From an uncultured bacterium (lineage in GTDB: Bacteria; Acidobacteriota; HRBIN11; JAKEFK01): a stretch of DNA of 64,000 bases. Each line of letters begins with the position of its first letter. Position 1 is the first letter of the stretch. Shown here in pieces: positions 38,834 through 50,067 of this stretch. The notes beneath the pieces were generated by a model. It was not told where the DNA came from and made no database searches. It saw only the letters and a list, made by a program, of their open reading frames with translations. Both the position numbers and the translations under genes were made by a program. The stretch is from the NCBI GenBank assembly GCA_963837395.1, contig CAWINI010000003.1, positions 846,000 through 909,999 of the forward strand, read 5' to 3'.

Positions 38834-40411
38834 TTAAAATTCAATGCCATAAATTGTTACCATCGGATTTTTGTAAACAGGTGACAAATACGAAGCGTGA
38901 TCCGGATTGAAATGTCCTTTCGCAAAATCTTTTTCTTCCGGACCCCAAAAAAGCCAATGCGCATTTGTTTGCTGAATGAGTTGTTTTGCTTTTGAATCTT
39001 CTGCAGGAAGTTGAAATAAATCCGCCACCAGCTTTTTCTTTTCCATAAATCTTGCAGTAGCAACGCGATGCGCCACAACTGCCGGCCTTGTTGAATAAGC
39101 GATAATGAAATTGCCAGCTAATTCCAAACTTAATACCGGCTCACCTGGCCCTGACACTTTCTTCAACGCTTTCATCCCGTCAATAAAATTTACAGGCATA
39201 AATTGAGGAGCCGATTTTCTTGATACTGCTGTTAAATCTCTTCGCAATGCGATCCAGCTCGATGGAGCTAACATTGCCAGAATAATCAGTACAAACAGGA
39301 ATTGCAAAGCAGGACGACGGATCAAATGCCTCAATCGAACCAGCCCGGCAGTTGCAAGAATCGCGATAGACAAAGGAAGTCCTTCAAGAAATCGTTCTTG
39401 AATCTGTATCGGAATTTTTGAGGCAATGATGGAACATACGGCATAGAGAAGAAAGATCAAAGTGATTTGCGAATTTTTTTTGCGCAGCTCATTAAATCCA
39501 ATCACGGACAGTGGAATCATCAATCCCAGCGCTTGGAAAATTGCCGGGAACTTCGGCGATGTAACAACATGCTGCCGGTTCCATTCCGCATAAACCGGGA
39601 TTTGCTGTATCAATCTCATTTGATAGAACACAATAAGAACAGCACAAACACAAACAGGAATGGTGATCGCCAGAAGTTTCGTTTTTGAATTTTTGCTGTG
39701 AATCATTTCGATTAAAACAAATCCGGCGATAGTGAAGCATAAAGGAATCAATGGAAATGGGCGTTCAAATCCTAGAAGGACTGCCATGATTGCGCCTAAA
39801 GATGTGTACAACAATCGTTTTTGAAATGATTCAGTTTTGTAGGCCGCTAAAATAGAAAGAATAATTCCTAACACACATCCCAACGACAGCTGATAAAGAG
39901 GCGCTGAGGTAAGCGCTAAAAACGTTGAAAGTTCCGAATATCCAAGATCGGGTGGATCCCAAACTAAATGAAGCCATCCCAAACCGGATCCGATAGTAAT
40001 CAAGAAGAAGGATGAGATTCTATCTATATTGGAATCATACAAACGCGAAACCAATATCGCGATCAGAGTTAATAAAAACAAAGACGCGATTACATGACCA
40101 ATTTCCAAAAGTGCAACCGGACTTAACCCGGGAAATATTTTCCCCAGCAACCCAAGCACCGCATGAAAAGGCCGGATTTGAAATGCGGGATGCGGCTCCG
40201 CTGTCATGAGATTATGAGTCTTCAATCCATCCGATCGAATCTCTTCAATAATGCTTAAATAATTGTTCAGGTCTGCGGTGTTTCGTGAAAGCATGCCTGT
40301 CCAGATTGTATTTGGCGGGGTGAGATTTACGGCGAGAATCTCAGATAGCGATGCGATTAGCATCACTACAATGACGGCTAAACCGAGCGGCCAATATTTC
40401 CGTATCAACAC
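38834..40411 (-). CDS. Polytopic membrane protein, GT-C-like fold suspected
   Basis: About 13 transmembrane segments and a C-terminal soluble domain. Bracketed by inverted CTTCGTGGTTAA motifs. Confidence 0.55.
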   Translation of the reverse strand: MLIRKYWPLGLAVIVVMLIASLSEILAVNLTPPNTIWTGMLSRNTADLNNYLSIIEEIRSDGLKTHNLMTAEPHPAFQIRPFHAVLGLLGKIFPGLSPVALLEIGHVIASLFLLTLIAILVSRLYDSNIDRISSFFLITIGSGLGWLHLVWDPPDLGYSELSTFLALTSAPLYQLSLGCVLGIILSILAAYKTESFQKRLLYTSLGAIMAVLLGFERPFPLIPLCFTIAGFVLIEMIHSKNSKTKLLAITIPVCVCAVLIVFYQMRLIQQIPVYAEWNRQHVVTSPKFPAIFQALGLMIPLSVIGFNELRKKNSQITLIFLLYAVCSIIASKIPIQIQERFLEGLPLSIAILATAGLVRLRHLIRRPALQFLFVLIILAMLAPSSWIALRRDLTAVSRKSAPQFMPVNFIDGMKALKKVSGPGEPVLSLELAGNFIIAYSTRPAVVAHRVATARFMEKKKLVADLFQLPAEDSKAKQLIQQTNAHWLFWGPEEKDFAKGHFNPDHASYLSPVYKNPMVTIYGIEF

Positions 40412-40415
40412 ATTA

Positions 40416-40464
40416 TTTAACCACAGACATCACAGAGATCTGAACCTCTGTGTTTTCGTGGTTA
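40416..40464. repeat. Family C mini-palindrome: TTAACCAC..CACAGAG..CTCTGTG..CGTGGTTAA
   Basis: Nested inverted repeats bounded by TTAA. It lies between the BON-domain gene end and the membrane-protein gene start. Confidence 0.7.
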
Positions 40465-40473
40465 AAAAAGTTC

Positions 40474-40929
40474 TTATGCGGCTTTAACAACGAGGTGCGA
40501 AGTCACGGACTTTACGCCTTCAGCTTCCTTTGCAATTGCAATCACGCGGTCGGCTTCTGCTTTACTTGACACGGTTCCGCTTAAGGTAACGATGCCATTC
40601 TTTGTATGTACATCAATGTCTGTTGCTTTCACTGTATCGTCTGCTGCCATCTTCGCTTTGATTGCTGCAGTGATACTGGTATCCAGAGCCATGTCTTCAA
40701 GCTGCTTTGCACCTTGTTCCACTTTTTCAGGAACCTTTTCTTCCTTCGCTTTTTGCTTTAACTCACTATAAGCCTGTTTCAGCGCTGTATCGGCGTTTTT
40801 CTTTGTCTTTGGATTCGCGTATTGAAGCAAAAAATATCCAACAATGATTAAAAGCACAATGATGAGCAGTGTTCTCATAGGATCATTTTCCTCTTTAATG
40901 AAATTTATAATAGGAATCAGCGTTTTCAA
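40474..40929 (-). CDS. BON-domain protein (OsmY-like)
   Basis: N-terminal transmembrane helix. C-terminal BON motif GIVTLSGTVSSKAEADRVIAIAKEAEGVKSV. Confidence 0.7.
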   Translation of the reverse strand: MKTLIPIINFIKEENDPMRTLLIIVLLIIVGYFLLQYANPKTKKNADTALKQAYSELKQKAKEEKVPEKVEQGAKQLEDMALDTSITAAIKAKMAADDTVKATDIDVHTKNGIVTLSGTVSSKAEADRVIAIAKEAEGVKSVTSHLVVKAA

Positions 40930-40963
40930 ACTGGAGCTTTTTAACGTCGAGAAAGCGGAGGGT

Positions 40964-41692
40964 TTATTTTAATGCAGTTTTGATTGCAGTCTCTGCTGTA
41001 TCGTGCAATTCGGGCGGAGCGCCATAGTAGATGGCTTCGGTAGAACCTTTCTGATCGAACAAATAGAGAGTTGGAACAGCAGCGATATCACCAAAGCTTC
41101 TTGCAAATTCCGGTGTACCCATCACCCAATTTAAAGGAAGGTTAAGGCTATTTACTACTTTTCGAACTTCGGCTTCATCAGATTCAACCGCAACAGCGAG
41201 AATTGCAATACGATCCCCGTACTGCTTCTTCAGACTACCTAGCCATGAAAGTGTGCTTCTGCAAGGCGGACACCATGTCGCCCAAAATTCAACTAACACA
41301 ACACGTCCTTCCAAATCTTTATTTGAAATTGACGCACCAGAAAGATCTGTCAGTGTGAATGATGGCATTGAAGCTAATTCTGTGGATTGTGATGTTTGTT
41401 TCGCATTTGTTTCCTGGCGCAATGTATCTTTTTTGCCGGATACAACGATATCAAGCATCCGCTGCAGATCCGTCCGGAAATGTTCACGACTGTTCATATC
41501 TTTCCATGGAGTATATTTGCCGTCGCCGCTGCCTTCACCTTTTCCGTAAAATCCAAAATCTTTGGGCTTCGCTACCAGGATGTCATCAATAAAAATTGCA
41601 GGGTATCGTGTCACTCCAAATTTCCGCGCGAGTTCGGAGTTGCCGTAATTTTCGATTTTCATCGCGACTTTGCCTTTGTAACTTCGAACCAC
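40964..41692 (-). CDS. TlpA/ResA-like thiol-disulfide oxidoreductase
   Basis: WATWCPPCR active site. Confidence 0.75.
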   Translation of the reverse strand: MVRSYKGKVAMKIENYGNSELARKFGVTRYPAIFIDDILVAKPKDFGFYGKGEGSGDGKYTPWKDMNSREHFRTDLQRMLDIVVSGKKDTLRQETNAKQTSQSTELASMPSFTLTDLSGASISNKDLEGRVVLVEFWATWCPPCRSTLSWLGSLKKQYGDRIAILAVAVESDEAEVRKVVNSLNLPLNWVMGTPEFARSFGDIAAVPTLYLFDQKGSTEAIYYGAPPELHDTAETAIKTALK

Positions 41693-41728
41693 ACTTTGCG
41701 TCAGCAGACCTGCTGGATCAGAAACGTT

Positions 41729-42799
41729 TCAAGTGTAAGGCCATCGTACCAGTGTTACTGTAGCAACCGGAGTTACCGCTGGACGTTTTACTTTGGCTGG
41801 TTCCAGTGAAGAAAAATAATGAGGCAATACATCATCGAAGATTACACGCGCGTTCGTTCCACCTTGCGTATTCGGTGAAGTGTCCTCTGATTCACTTAGC
41901 CCCAATTCAAGAAAAATGCGTCCGATGCTATTATCGGCCGCGTTCTGATTGAATCGATTTTCGAATTCTTTCGCACGTTTAGCTGCTTGCTCCGCATTAA
42001 TTGCCTGCCCTGGTTCCAGAGCTCTGAAGTAACGATAGCGTGCCTCAAGATATCTATAAAGTGCGCCGTAATAGGAACCTGCATCGTACAATTCATGCGC
42101 TTGTTTAAGCATCGCGCTAACGCGAATAAAGATCGGATGCTGATCAATGGATAGAGGGGGTTTGTATGCGGCAAGCACAGTATCTTCAAATGATTCAATT
42201 TCATTTTCAAAATTTCCGATCGTGACTGGTTTATACGTATCGGTGCTTCGAAGCGTTTTACAAAATTGCGTGAAGTCATATTGGCCTTGAGCAGAGCCAA
42301 GATAAAACATTCCATAAGTAGGCTCAGTATCTTTGCCATATTCAAGGCTGGCATCGTAATAAACTTTGATTTCAGAATAAGAAGCTTCTGCGACAGCACG
42401 AACCGCCGCAGGATATCCATTCAGATCCGGCCGCTCTTTTCCATCAAGAACGGGTGCTAAACTTTTGCCGACTTTTTGCCATTCTTGTTCAAAAAGGTCA
42501 AGTTGTTTACGCATTTCGGCAGGATGATCTTCCAGAAATTTTGAAGCTGCAAGATTCACTCGAACCAGCGCTAAAAGATGAAGAGCGGAAAATCGTCGTC
42601 CTTTTGTGAGCTCACCATCTGCTCGTGCGATCAGTGGCTCAATAATTTCCTTGAGCGATTTCCAATCTTCATCAGTAGCCGGATTGGTGCGAACGAAGTC
42701 TTTCCATCGTGCAATTTCAGTTGCCAGCGGATCGGCGGCAAATAATGGAGTTACTGAAATTGATAGAAGAAAGATTGCTATGACTTGAAGCTTCTTCAT
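41729..42799 (-). CDS. Secreted hypothetical helical protein
   Basis: Signal peptide. No assignable motif. Confidence 0.5.
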   Translation of the reverse strand: MKKLQVIAIFLLSISVTPLFAADPLATEIARWKDFVRTNPATDEDWKSLKEIIEPLIARADGELTKGRRFSALHLLALVRVNLAASKFLEDHPAEMRKQLDLFEQEWQKVGKSLAPVLDGKERPDLNGYPAAVRAVAEASYSEIKVYYDASLEYGKDTEPTYGMFYLGSAQGQYDFTQFCKTLRSTDTYKPVTIGNFENEIESFEDTVLAAYKPPLSIDQHPIFIRVSAMLKQAHELYDAGSYYGALYRYLEARYRYFRALEPGQAINAEQAAKRAKEFENRFNQNAADNSIGRIFLELGLSESEDTSPNTQGGTNARVIFDDVLPHYFSSLEPAKVKRPAVTPVATVTLVRWPYT

Positions 42800-42997
42800 G
42801 GCGATTTCATTGTACTGATTGACGCTACGGAATCTAATTGAATGGCGCCAACGGCTGATCGAAAGTATTATGCGGGACTATTGTCATACGACTAAAGTCC
42901 AATTGCCGTGCCATTACCAGATAATTTATTATTACCGAAGCCCGCTACGGAAGGCGTTAAAAACCCGTAAGTTTCGCCGGGCATTTCAACGGAAAAA

Positions 42998-45094
42998 ATG
43001 ATGATAGAGGGAGTCCAAAAACTTACACCATGTGGCCCTACAAGCGCTGATGGGCCATCCTCCCGTTATGAAGCGTTGTTCGCCGTTTCACAGGCAATCA
43101 GCGCACATCGAGATCAAAATGAACTATTTGGAATGCTTACATCGGAATTACATCGGGTTGTTGAGTTCGATCGGCTCATCGTTCTTATTTGGCAAGAAGA
43201 ACTTCACAAATGGAAAAAGCACACATTCGCGATCGATAGCTCAGACGATATTTCCTCACCGGAATTTGATCCTGAAGAAACTATCTCCTGGCACGTGTAT
43301 CAAACTCAAGATGCATTAGCAATTCCATTTCTAAAAGAAGAAACCCGGTTTCCAAGAGTCATTGAATATTTAACTTCGCATAAGCTTGAATCAATGTGTC
43401 TTTTTCCATTAACAACAGTCTTGCGTAATGTCGGCGTACTGGCATTTGCCAGCAAGAAACCGGATGCCTATTCGCAGGAAGAGATGTGTTTTCTTTCATT
43501 GGTCGCGAGTGAAGTGGCGCTGGCGCTTGATAATGCCTTGAATTTTGAAGATTCTGAAAAAGCAAAGCAAGATTTGCAGAACGAACATGAGCGTTTAAAA
43601 CTTTTGCTGGATCTTACCAACACTGTTGTTTCAAAGCTGGAACTTCGCGATGTCCTTCGGAGCATATCGTCCAATCTTCGTCAGGTGATGCATTGTGCCG
43701 GAGTCGGCGTTTATCTTCCAGAGCCGGACAACAAACATATGCGGCTTTATGCCTTAGATTTTCCTACGGGAAAAGGCCTTCTTAAGGAAGAGTTAATGCT
43801 TCCCATGGAGGGCACTTATACAGGAAGAACTTTCATTTCAGGAAAACCGTTAGCTGTGAACCACCTTGATCCGAAGTTTATGAGGCCGGAAGTCTATGAA
43901 ATGCTGGCAAATGAAGGAGTGAAGTCATGTTGTTTTCTTCCACTTCATGGACATGATCGTACGCTCGGTGTGCTTGCATTTGGCATAGCAGATGAAAATA
44001 GTTTCACCGCCGAACAGTTGGATTTCCTGGTTCAAGTTTCAAATCAAGTAGCGATCGCAGTAGAAAATGCGCTTGCTTATCGTCAAATTGAAATTCTGAA
44101 AGATCGGCTTGCACAAGAAAAGTTATATCTGGAAGATGAAATCCGGACTGAAATGAATTTTGAAGAGATCGTTGGTGACAGCACTTCATTACGCCAGGTA
44201 TTACAGCAAGTAGAGACAGTTGCACCGACCGATTCAACGGTTTTGATTCTTGGTGAAACTGGGACCGGGAAAGAACTTGTTGCGCGCGCACTTCACAATC
44301 GAAGCCGCCGTAAAGATCGCACATTTGTAAAACTAAATTGCGCAGCAATTCCTACAGGCCTGTTAGAGAGTGAACTTTTTGGACACGAAAAAGGTGCATT
44401 TACTGGAGCAATCTCACAAAGAGTGGGTCGAGTGGAATTAGCACATCATGGAACATTATTTCTGGATGAAGTTGGTGATATTCCGCTTGAACTGCAATCA
44501 AAACTTCTAAGAGTGTTACAGGAACGCGAATTTGAACGTCTTGGCAGCACAACTACGAAACAAGTAGATGTGCGGCTGATAGCGGCTACAAATCGTGATT
44601 TGCAAAAAATGATTTCTGAACATGAATTCCGGAGCGATCTGTATTATCGGCTGAATGTTTTTCCGATCCGCATTCCGCCATTACGTGAACGTCCGGATGA
44701 TATTCCGTTGCTGCTAAGACACTTCACGCAGAAATATGCGCGACGGATGGAGAAACGTATAGAAACGATTCCGTCTTCCGCAATGAAAATGTTGATGGAA
44801 TGGCATTGGCCCGGGAATGTTCGCGAACTTGAGAATTTTATTGAACGCGCTGTAATCCTGACAACGAATAACGCATTGAATGTTCCCCTTTCAGAACTTC
44901 ATTCGGACGAGCAAAATAAACCAGATCCAATTCAGAGTGAATTTGGTGAGCGCGAAAAGATTGTTCGGATGCTGAAAGATACAAAAGGACGTGTAGGCGG
45001 TCCAGCTGGCGCAGCAACTCGTCTTGGTCTGAAGCGAACTACCCTCATCGCTCGCATGAAAAAGTTAGGAATCGACCCCAAAGAATTGTCATAA
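42998..45094 (+). CDS. Sigma-54-dependent transcriptional activator: GAF-GAF-AAA+-HTH
   Basis: [19 protein letters not shown] Walker [16 protein letters not shown] sigma-54 contact motif (GAFTGA). C-terminal Fis-type helix-turn-helix. Confidence 0.85.
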   Translation: MMIEGVQKLTPCGPTSADGPSSRYEALFAVSQAISAHRDQNELFGMLTSELHRVVEFDRLIVLIWQEELHKWKKHTFAIDSSDDISSPEFDPEETISWHVYQTQDALAIPFLKEETRFPRVIEYLTSHKLESMCLFPLTTVLRNVGVLAFASKKPDAYSQEEMCFLSLVASEVALALDNALNFEDSEKAKQDLQNEHERLKLLLDLTNTVVSKLELRDVLRSISSNLRQVMHCAGVGVYLPEPDNKHMRLYALDFPTGKGLLKEELMLPMEGTYTGRTFISGKPLAVNHLDPKFMRPEVYEMLANEGVKSCCFLPLHGHDRTLGVLAFGIADENSFTAEQLDFLVQVSNQVAIAVENALAYRQIEILKDRLAQEKLYLEDEIRTEMNFEEIVGDSTSLRQVLQQVETVAPTDSTVLILGETGTGKELVARALHNRSRRKDRTFVKLNCAAIPTGLLESELFGHEKGAFTGAISQRVGRVELAHHGTLFLDEVGDIPLELQSKLLRVLQEREFERLGSTTTKQVDVRLIAATNRDLQKMISEHEFRSDLYYRLNVFPIRIPPLRERPDDIPLLLRHFTQKYARRMEKRIETIPSSAMKMLMEWHWPGNVRELENFIERAVILTTNNALNVPLSELHSDEQNKPDPIQSEFGEREKIVRMLKDTKGRVGGPAGAATRLGLKRTTLIARMKKLGIDPKELS

Positions 45095-45141
45095 ATTCCC
45101 CCCATCGCTACATACAAAGAATCGTATTATGATAAGCCGCT

Positions 45142-47159
45142 ATGAAAATAATTCTGCGCTTGATGTTCTTGTTATGTTTGTTACCATCCCTGACAACCCA
45201 GGCTTCAGATAAGCGGGTTTTGACCACTGATGATTTCCATCGTTTTCAATCTGTTTCTAACCCGCAATGTTCCCCTGATGGACAATGGATCGCTTATTCA
45301 GTTTCATACACCGACTTGAAAGCGGATGAGCGGCGATCCGCGATCTGGATGGTAAGTCCGGACGGCGCTCAGAATGTGCGTCTTACATATACAGCAGGTT
45401 CTGATTCAAGTCCGCGTTGGAGTCCGGACGGTAAATACCTTGCATTTCTTTCAGCACGTCCAGCAGATGCTAAGTCGCAAGCGGATGCTAAGTCGCAAGT
45501 CTGGGTGATTGATCGGCGCGGCGGTGAAGCACGTCAACTCACAAATGTAAAACAAGCAATCGAAAGTTTTGAGTGGTCGCCTGACAGCAAGAAACTCGTG
45601 CTTGTAATGAAAGATGTCGATGAACAATCGGATAAAAAACCGAAGCCAATTGTGATCGACCGATATCATTTTAAACAAGATATCGAAGGTTATTTAACTG
45701 CTGTGTCACGGAGTCACTTATATCTTTTCGATATTCAAAGCCAAAAAGTTGATGAGTTAACGAACGATAAAAACTATGAAGATGAAGATCCAGTGTGGTC
45801 TCCAGATGGAAAGCGGATTGCGTATGTCAGCAATCATGAGAAAGATCCAGATCAGGCCTTTACAAATGACATTTTCATCATCGACGCAAAGTCAGGATCA
45901 AAGGCCGAAAAATTAATTACTGCCTTTGCCCCCAATGACCAACATCTATTATGGAGCCCGGATGGCAAATGGCTCGCATATCTTGTAGGTCAGGGCCACA
46001 GTACTTTGCTTACACTCAAGACAAACTTGCAGTAATTCCTGCATCAGGAGGAAAGCCGTTGGTGCTGACAGACTCATTGGATCGGATGGTGTCAGAGCCG
46101 GCATTTAGCAAAGACAGCTCTTTTCTCACATTCATGGTAGCTGACGATCGAATTCAATATCCAGCGAAAGTAGCGGTCACTGGCGGAGGAGTAGAACATC
46201 TGACCAATGAAAAAGTAGTTATTAATGAGCAATCGAATTGCGGGAATTCAATTGCAGTGACCTATTCAAATGATTCAGCACCATTTGAAATTTACATGCT
46301 GGAATCAGGACATCTTCGAAAGTTAACCAAACATAATGATGATGTGCTTGCAGAATTGAATTTAGGAAAAGTTGAGGACATCAATTTCCGTAGTAAAGAT
46401 GGAACAGAAATTCATGGCCTGATGACCAAACCACCTTCATTTGAAAAAGGGAAAAAATATCCAACTATTTTGTGGATTCATGGTGGCCCGAACATGCAAG
46501 ATGATCATTCATTACCGGTCAATCTCTATCCTTTGCAATATGAGCGTCAATTGCTGGCAGCAAACGGATATGTAGTTCTTGCGATTAATTATCGCGGTAG
46601 CAGCGGCTATGGATTTGATTTCTCGCGAAGCATCTTTGCTGATTGGGGACATAAAGAAGTTGCGGATCTGCTTGCTGGGATTGATGAAGCGATCCGAATG
46701 GGAGTTGCTGATCCGCAACGATTAGGAATCGGAGGCTGGAGTTACGGCGGAATTTTAACTGATTACACCATTGCAACCGATCAGCGTTTCAAAGCAGCTA
46801 TCAGCGGAGCTGGAAGTGCCAACCAACTTTCAATGTATGGGAGTGATCAATACGCGCTTCAATATAACAGCGAAATCGGACCTCCATGGAAAAAACTGGA
46901 TACGTGGATGCACGTTTCGTATCCGTTTTTCCAGGCTGATAAGATCACCACTCCTACATTGTTCATCGGCGGCGAAAAAGATTTCAACGTACCGATTGCC
47001 GGCGGTGAGCAAATGTTTCAAGCACTGCGCACATTAGGTATACCAACACAGATGGTTGTCTATCCGGGGCAATTCCATATTTTGACACGTCCAAGTTTTA
47101 TCACCGATCGGCAGCAGCGCTGGATAGCATGGTTCGAAAAATATTTGAAGGCTAAATAA
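45142..47159 (+). pseudogene. S9 prolyl-oligopeptidase/acylaminoacyl-peptidase family gene split by a frameshift near 46000
   Basis: ORF 45142-46035 encodes the PD40 propeller part. ORF 45951-47159 encodes the hydrolase part (GGWSYGG). The two overlap in different frames. Confidence 0.7.
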
Positions 47160-47235
47160 GGAGGATTTCCATGAAGCAACTGCGCCGAACCAACGATCAC
47201 ATAAAAAATTCGCCCAGTCATTGAGTGGGTCATGA

Positions 47236-48350
<1,115 letters not shown>

Positions 48351-48399
48351 AACTCGTTCATTGCGTAAGGAATATCCTCATTGAACCTGGAATTTTATC

Positions 48400-48414
48400 T
48401 GGCACGCAGATTGC
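48400..48414 (+). promoter_or_regulatory. Sigma-54 promoter, TGGCACgcagaTTGC
   Basis: Perfect match to the -24/-12 consensus TGGCAC-N5-TTGC, about 20 bp upstream of the STAS-like ORF. Confidence 0.65.
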
Positions 48415-48432
48415 CTCACAGCATGTGGGGTA

Positions 48433-48729
48433 TTGAATTACGTGTTAAAGATTTCGATTCTAGATAGTTCGCAAGAAAAGAAGATTGTTTTGGAAGGTAA
48501 GTTCACCGAACCGTGGATTTCCGAAGTCGCGAAGGTTTGGTACAGAGAACAAAGTTATCTAAACGGCAGGAATTGTGTTGTGGACTTAACAGATGTCACT
48601 GATATCGATCCTTGCGGTATGGCAATTCTTTCCGGAATGGTCCGTGACGGTGTAGAACTCATCGGAAATGGAATGCTCACAAGTTACTTAATCGAAACAC
48701 TCCAGCAGAAAGTTAGAAACGTTCAGTAA
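48433..48729 (+). CDS. STAS-domain protein, anti-sigma-factor-antagonist-like
   Basis: IVLEGKF...VVDLTDVTDIDPCGMAIL...GVELIGNG follows the SpoIIAA/RsbV pattern. Cys replaces the phosphorylatable Ser. Confidence 0.5.
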   Translation: MNYVLKISILDSSQEKKIVLEGKFTEPWISEVAKVWYREQSYLNGRNCVVDLTDVTDIDPCGMAILSGMVRDGVELIGNGMLTSYLIETLQQKVRNVQ

Positions 48730-48780
48730 ATACACTGAAACAGCTTCATCTCTCGTCGATTCCAATGAACTGTCATTCCT

Positions 48781-48818
48781 ATTGACACTTGTCAAAATTC
48801 AGATCGTCACTTTTGACA
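48781..48818. promoter_or_regulatory. Candidate enhancer site: TTGACActTGTCAA and TTGTCAAAA..TTTTGACAA palindromes
   Basis: Perfect palindromes that share TGTCA/TGACA half-sites with the 48297-48350 region. Confidence 0.5.
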
Positions 48819-48860
48819 ATTTCGATTCGAAATGTCGACGAGAACGACCGACAAAATGTC

Positions 48861-48875
48861 TGGCACAATGCTTGC
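48861..48875 (+). promoter_or_regulatory. Sigma-54 promoter, TGGCACaatgcTTGC
   Basis: Perfect -24/-12 consensus. An AGGAGA ribosome-binding site and the ATG at 48910 follow. Confidence 0.65.
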
Positions 48876-48909
48876 CTACTGCCATCCTTACGATGATAGG
48901 AGAAAGGAA

Positions 48910-50064
48910 ATGTTGACACCTCGGAGCGTGACGCGGATTGCGATACTGCTGGTAATTCTTCCTTTCCTTTATATGCGATGCGGGGGATCCCAGGCAGAAA
49001 CACCCGCGCCTAAACCACTTCAAGTGGAAGTTGCATCGGTAGTGCAGCAAGACATTCCGATATATAGCGAATGGGTTACAACGCTTGATGGTTTTGTGAA
49101 TGCACAAATTCAACCGCAAGTAACCGGTTATCTGGTTAAGCAAGATTATCAGGAAGGATCAGCTGTTCGCAAAGGACAAATCCTTTTTGAAATCGATCCG
49201 CGTCCGTTTGAAGCTGTGTTAAATCAAGCGAAAGCACAACTTGCGCAGGCAGAAGCAGCATTGGGAAAAGCCAGGCAGGATGTTGTGCGCGATAAACCGA
49301 TGGCCGAACTTCACGCCATCGCTCAAAGTCAAATGGACGATGACATTCAGGCTGAACTAGGCGCTCAAGCAACAGTCGCATCTGCAAAAGCTGCTGTTCA
49401 AACAGCCGAACTAAATCTTGAGTTTACGAAAGTTCGATCGCTGGTTGATGGAATCGCTGGAATTGCTAAAGGTCAAATCGGCGATCTGGTTGGACCCAAT
49501 ACCATTCTGACATCTGTATCGCAAGTTGATCCAATCAAAGCATATCTCTCGCTCAGCGAAAGTGATTATCTAAAATTCGGAAACAGAATTCATCCATTTA
49601 CATCCGTAAAAGATCTTGGAAAAGATAATGATCTTGTTGCGGAATTAATTCTTGGTGATGGAAGTTCTTATCCTTCGAAAGGTTCATTCATTATTGCGGA
49701 TCGTCAAGTGGATGTGGGAACTGGAACAATCCGAATTGCAGCTGCATTTCCGAATCCTGAAAACAGACTGCGCCCCGGACAATTCGGACGCGTGCGCACA
49801 GCTATCAGTATTAAGAAAAACGCACTGTTAGTTCCTCAACGTGCAGTTTCAGAACTTCAAGGAAGTTATCAAGTTTCTGTCGTTGGAAACGATAACAAAG
49901 TTAGCATCCGATCGGTTCAGGTTGGCGACCGCATCGGATCGAATTGGGTGATTCAAAACGGACTCAAAGCTGGTGAAGTCGTAATCGCAGAAGGCTCTCA
50001 AAAAGTTAGTGAAGGATCATCAATCACTCCAAAACCGTATCAACCCGCCACGGCGGGCAAATAA
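48910..50064 (+). CDS. RND efflux periplasmic adaptor subunit
   Basis: HlyD/AcrA-like coiled-coil and beta-barrel regions. The start is set at the ATG that has a strong ribosome-binding site. Confidence 0.85.
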   Translation: MLTPRSVTRIAILLVILPFLYMRCGGSQAETPAPKPLQVEVASVVQQDIPIYSEWVTTLDGFVNAQIQPQVTGYLVKQDYQEGSAVRKGQILFEIDPRPFEAVLNQAKAQLAQAEAALGKARQDVVRDKPMAELHAIAQSQMDDDIQAELGAQATVASAKAAVQTAELNLEFTKVRSLVDGIAGIAKGQIGDLVGPNTILTSVSQVDPIKAYLSLSESDYLKFGNRIHPFTSVKDLGKDNDLVAELILGDGSSYPSKGSFIIADRQVDVGTGTIRIAAAFPNPENRLRPGQFGRVRTAISIKKNALLVPQRAVSELQGSYQVSVVGNDNKVSIRSVQVGDRIGSNWVIQNGLKAGEVVIAEGSQKVSEGSSITPKPYQPATAGK

Positions 50065-50067
50065 GTC

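Noticed and set aside
42998-47159. Prophage or integrative element explaining the accessory character of 42-64 kb
   Set aside because: No integrase, transposase, tRNA or structural phage genes in the window. The accessory genes are interspersed with ordinary metabolic genes.
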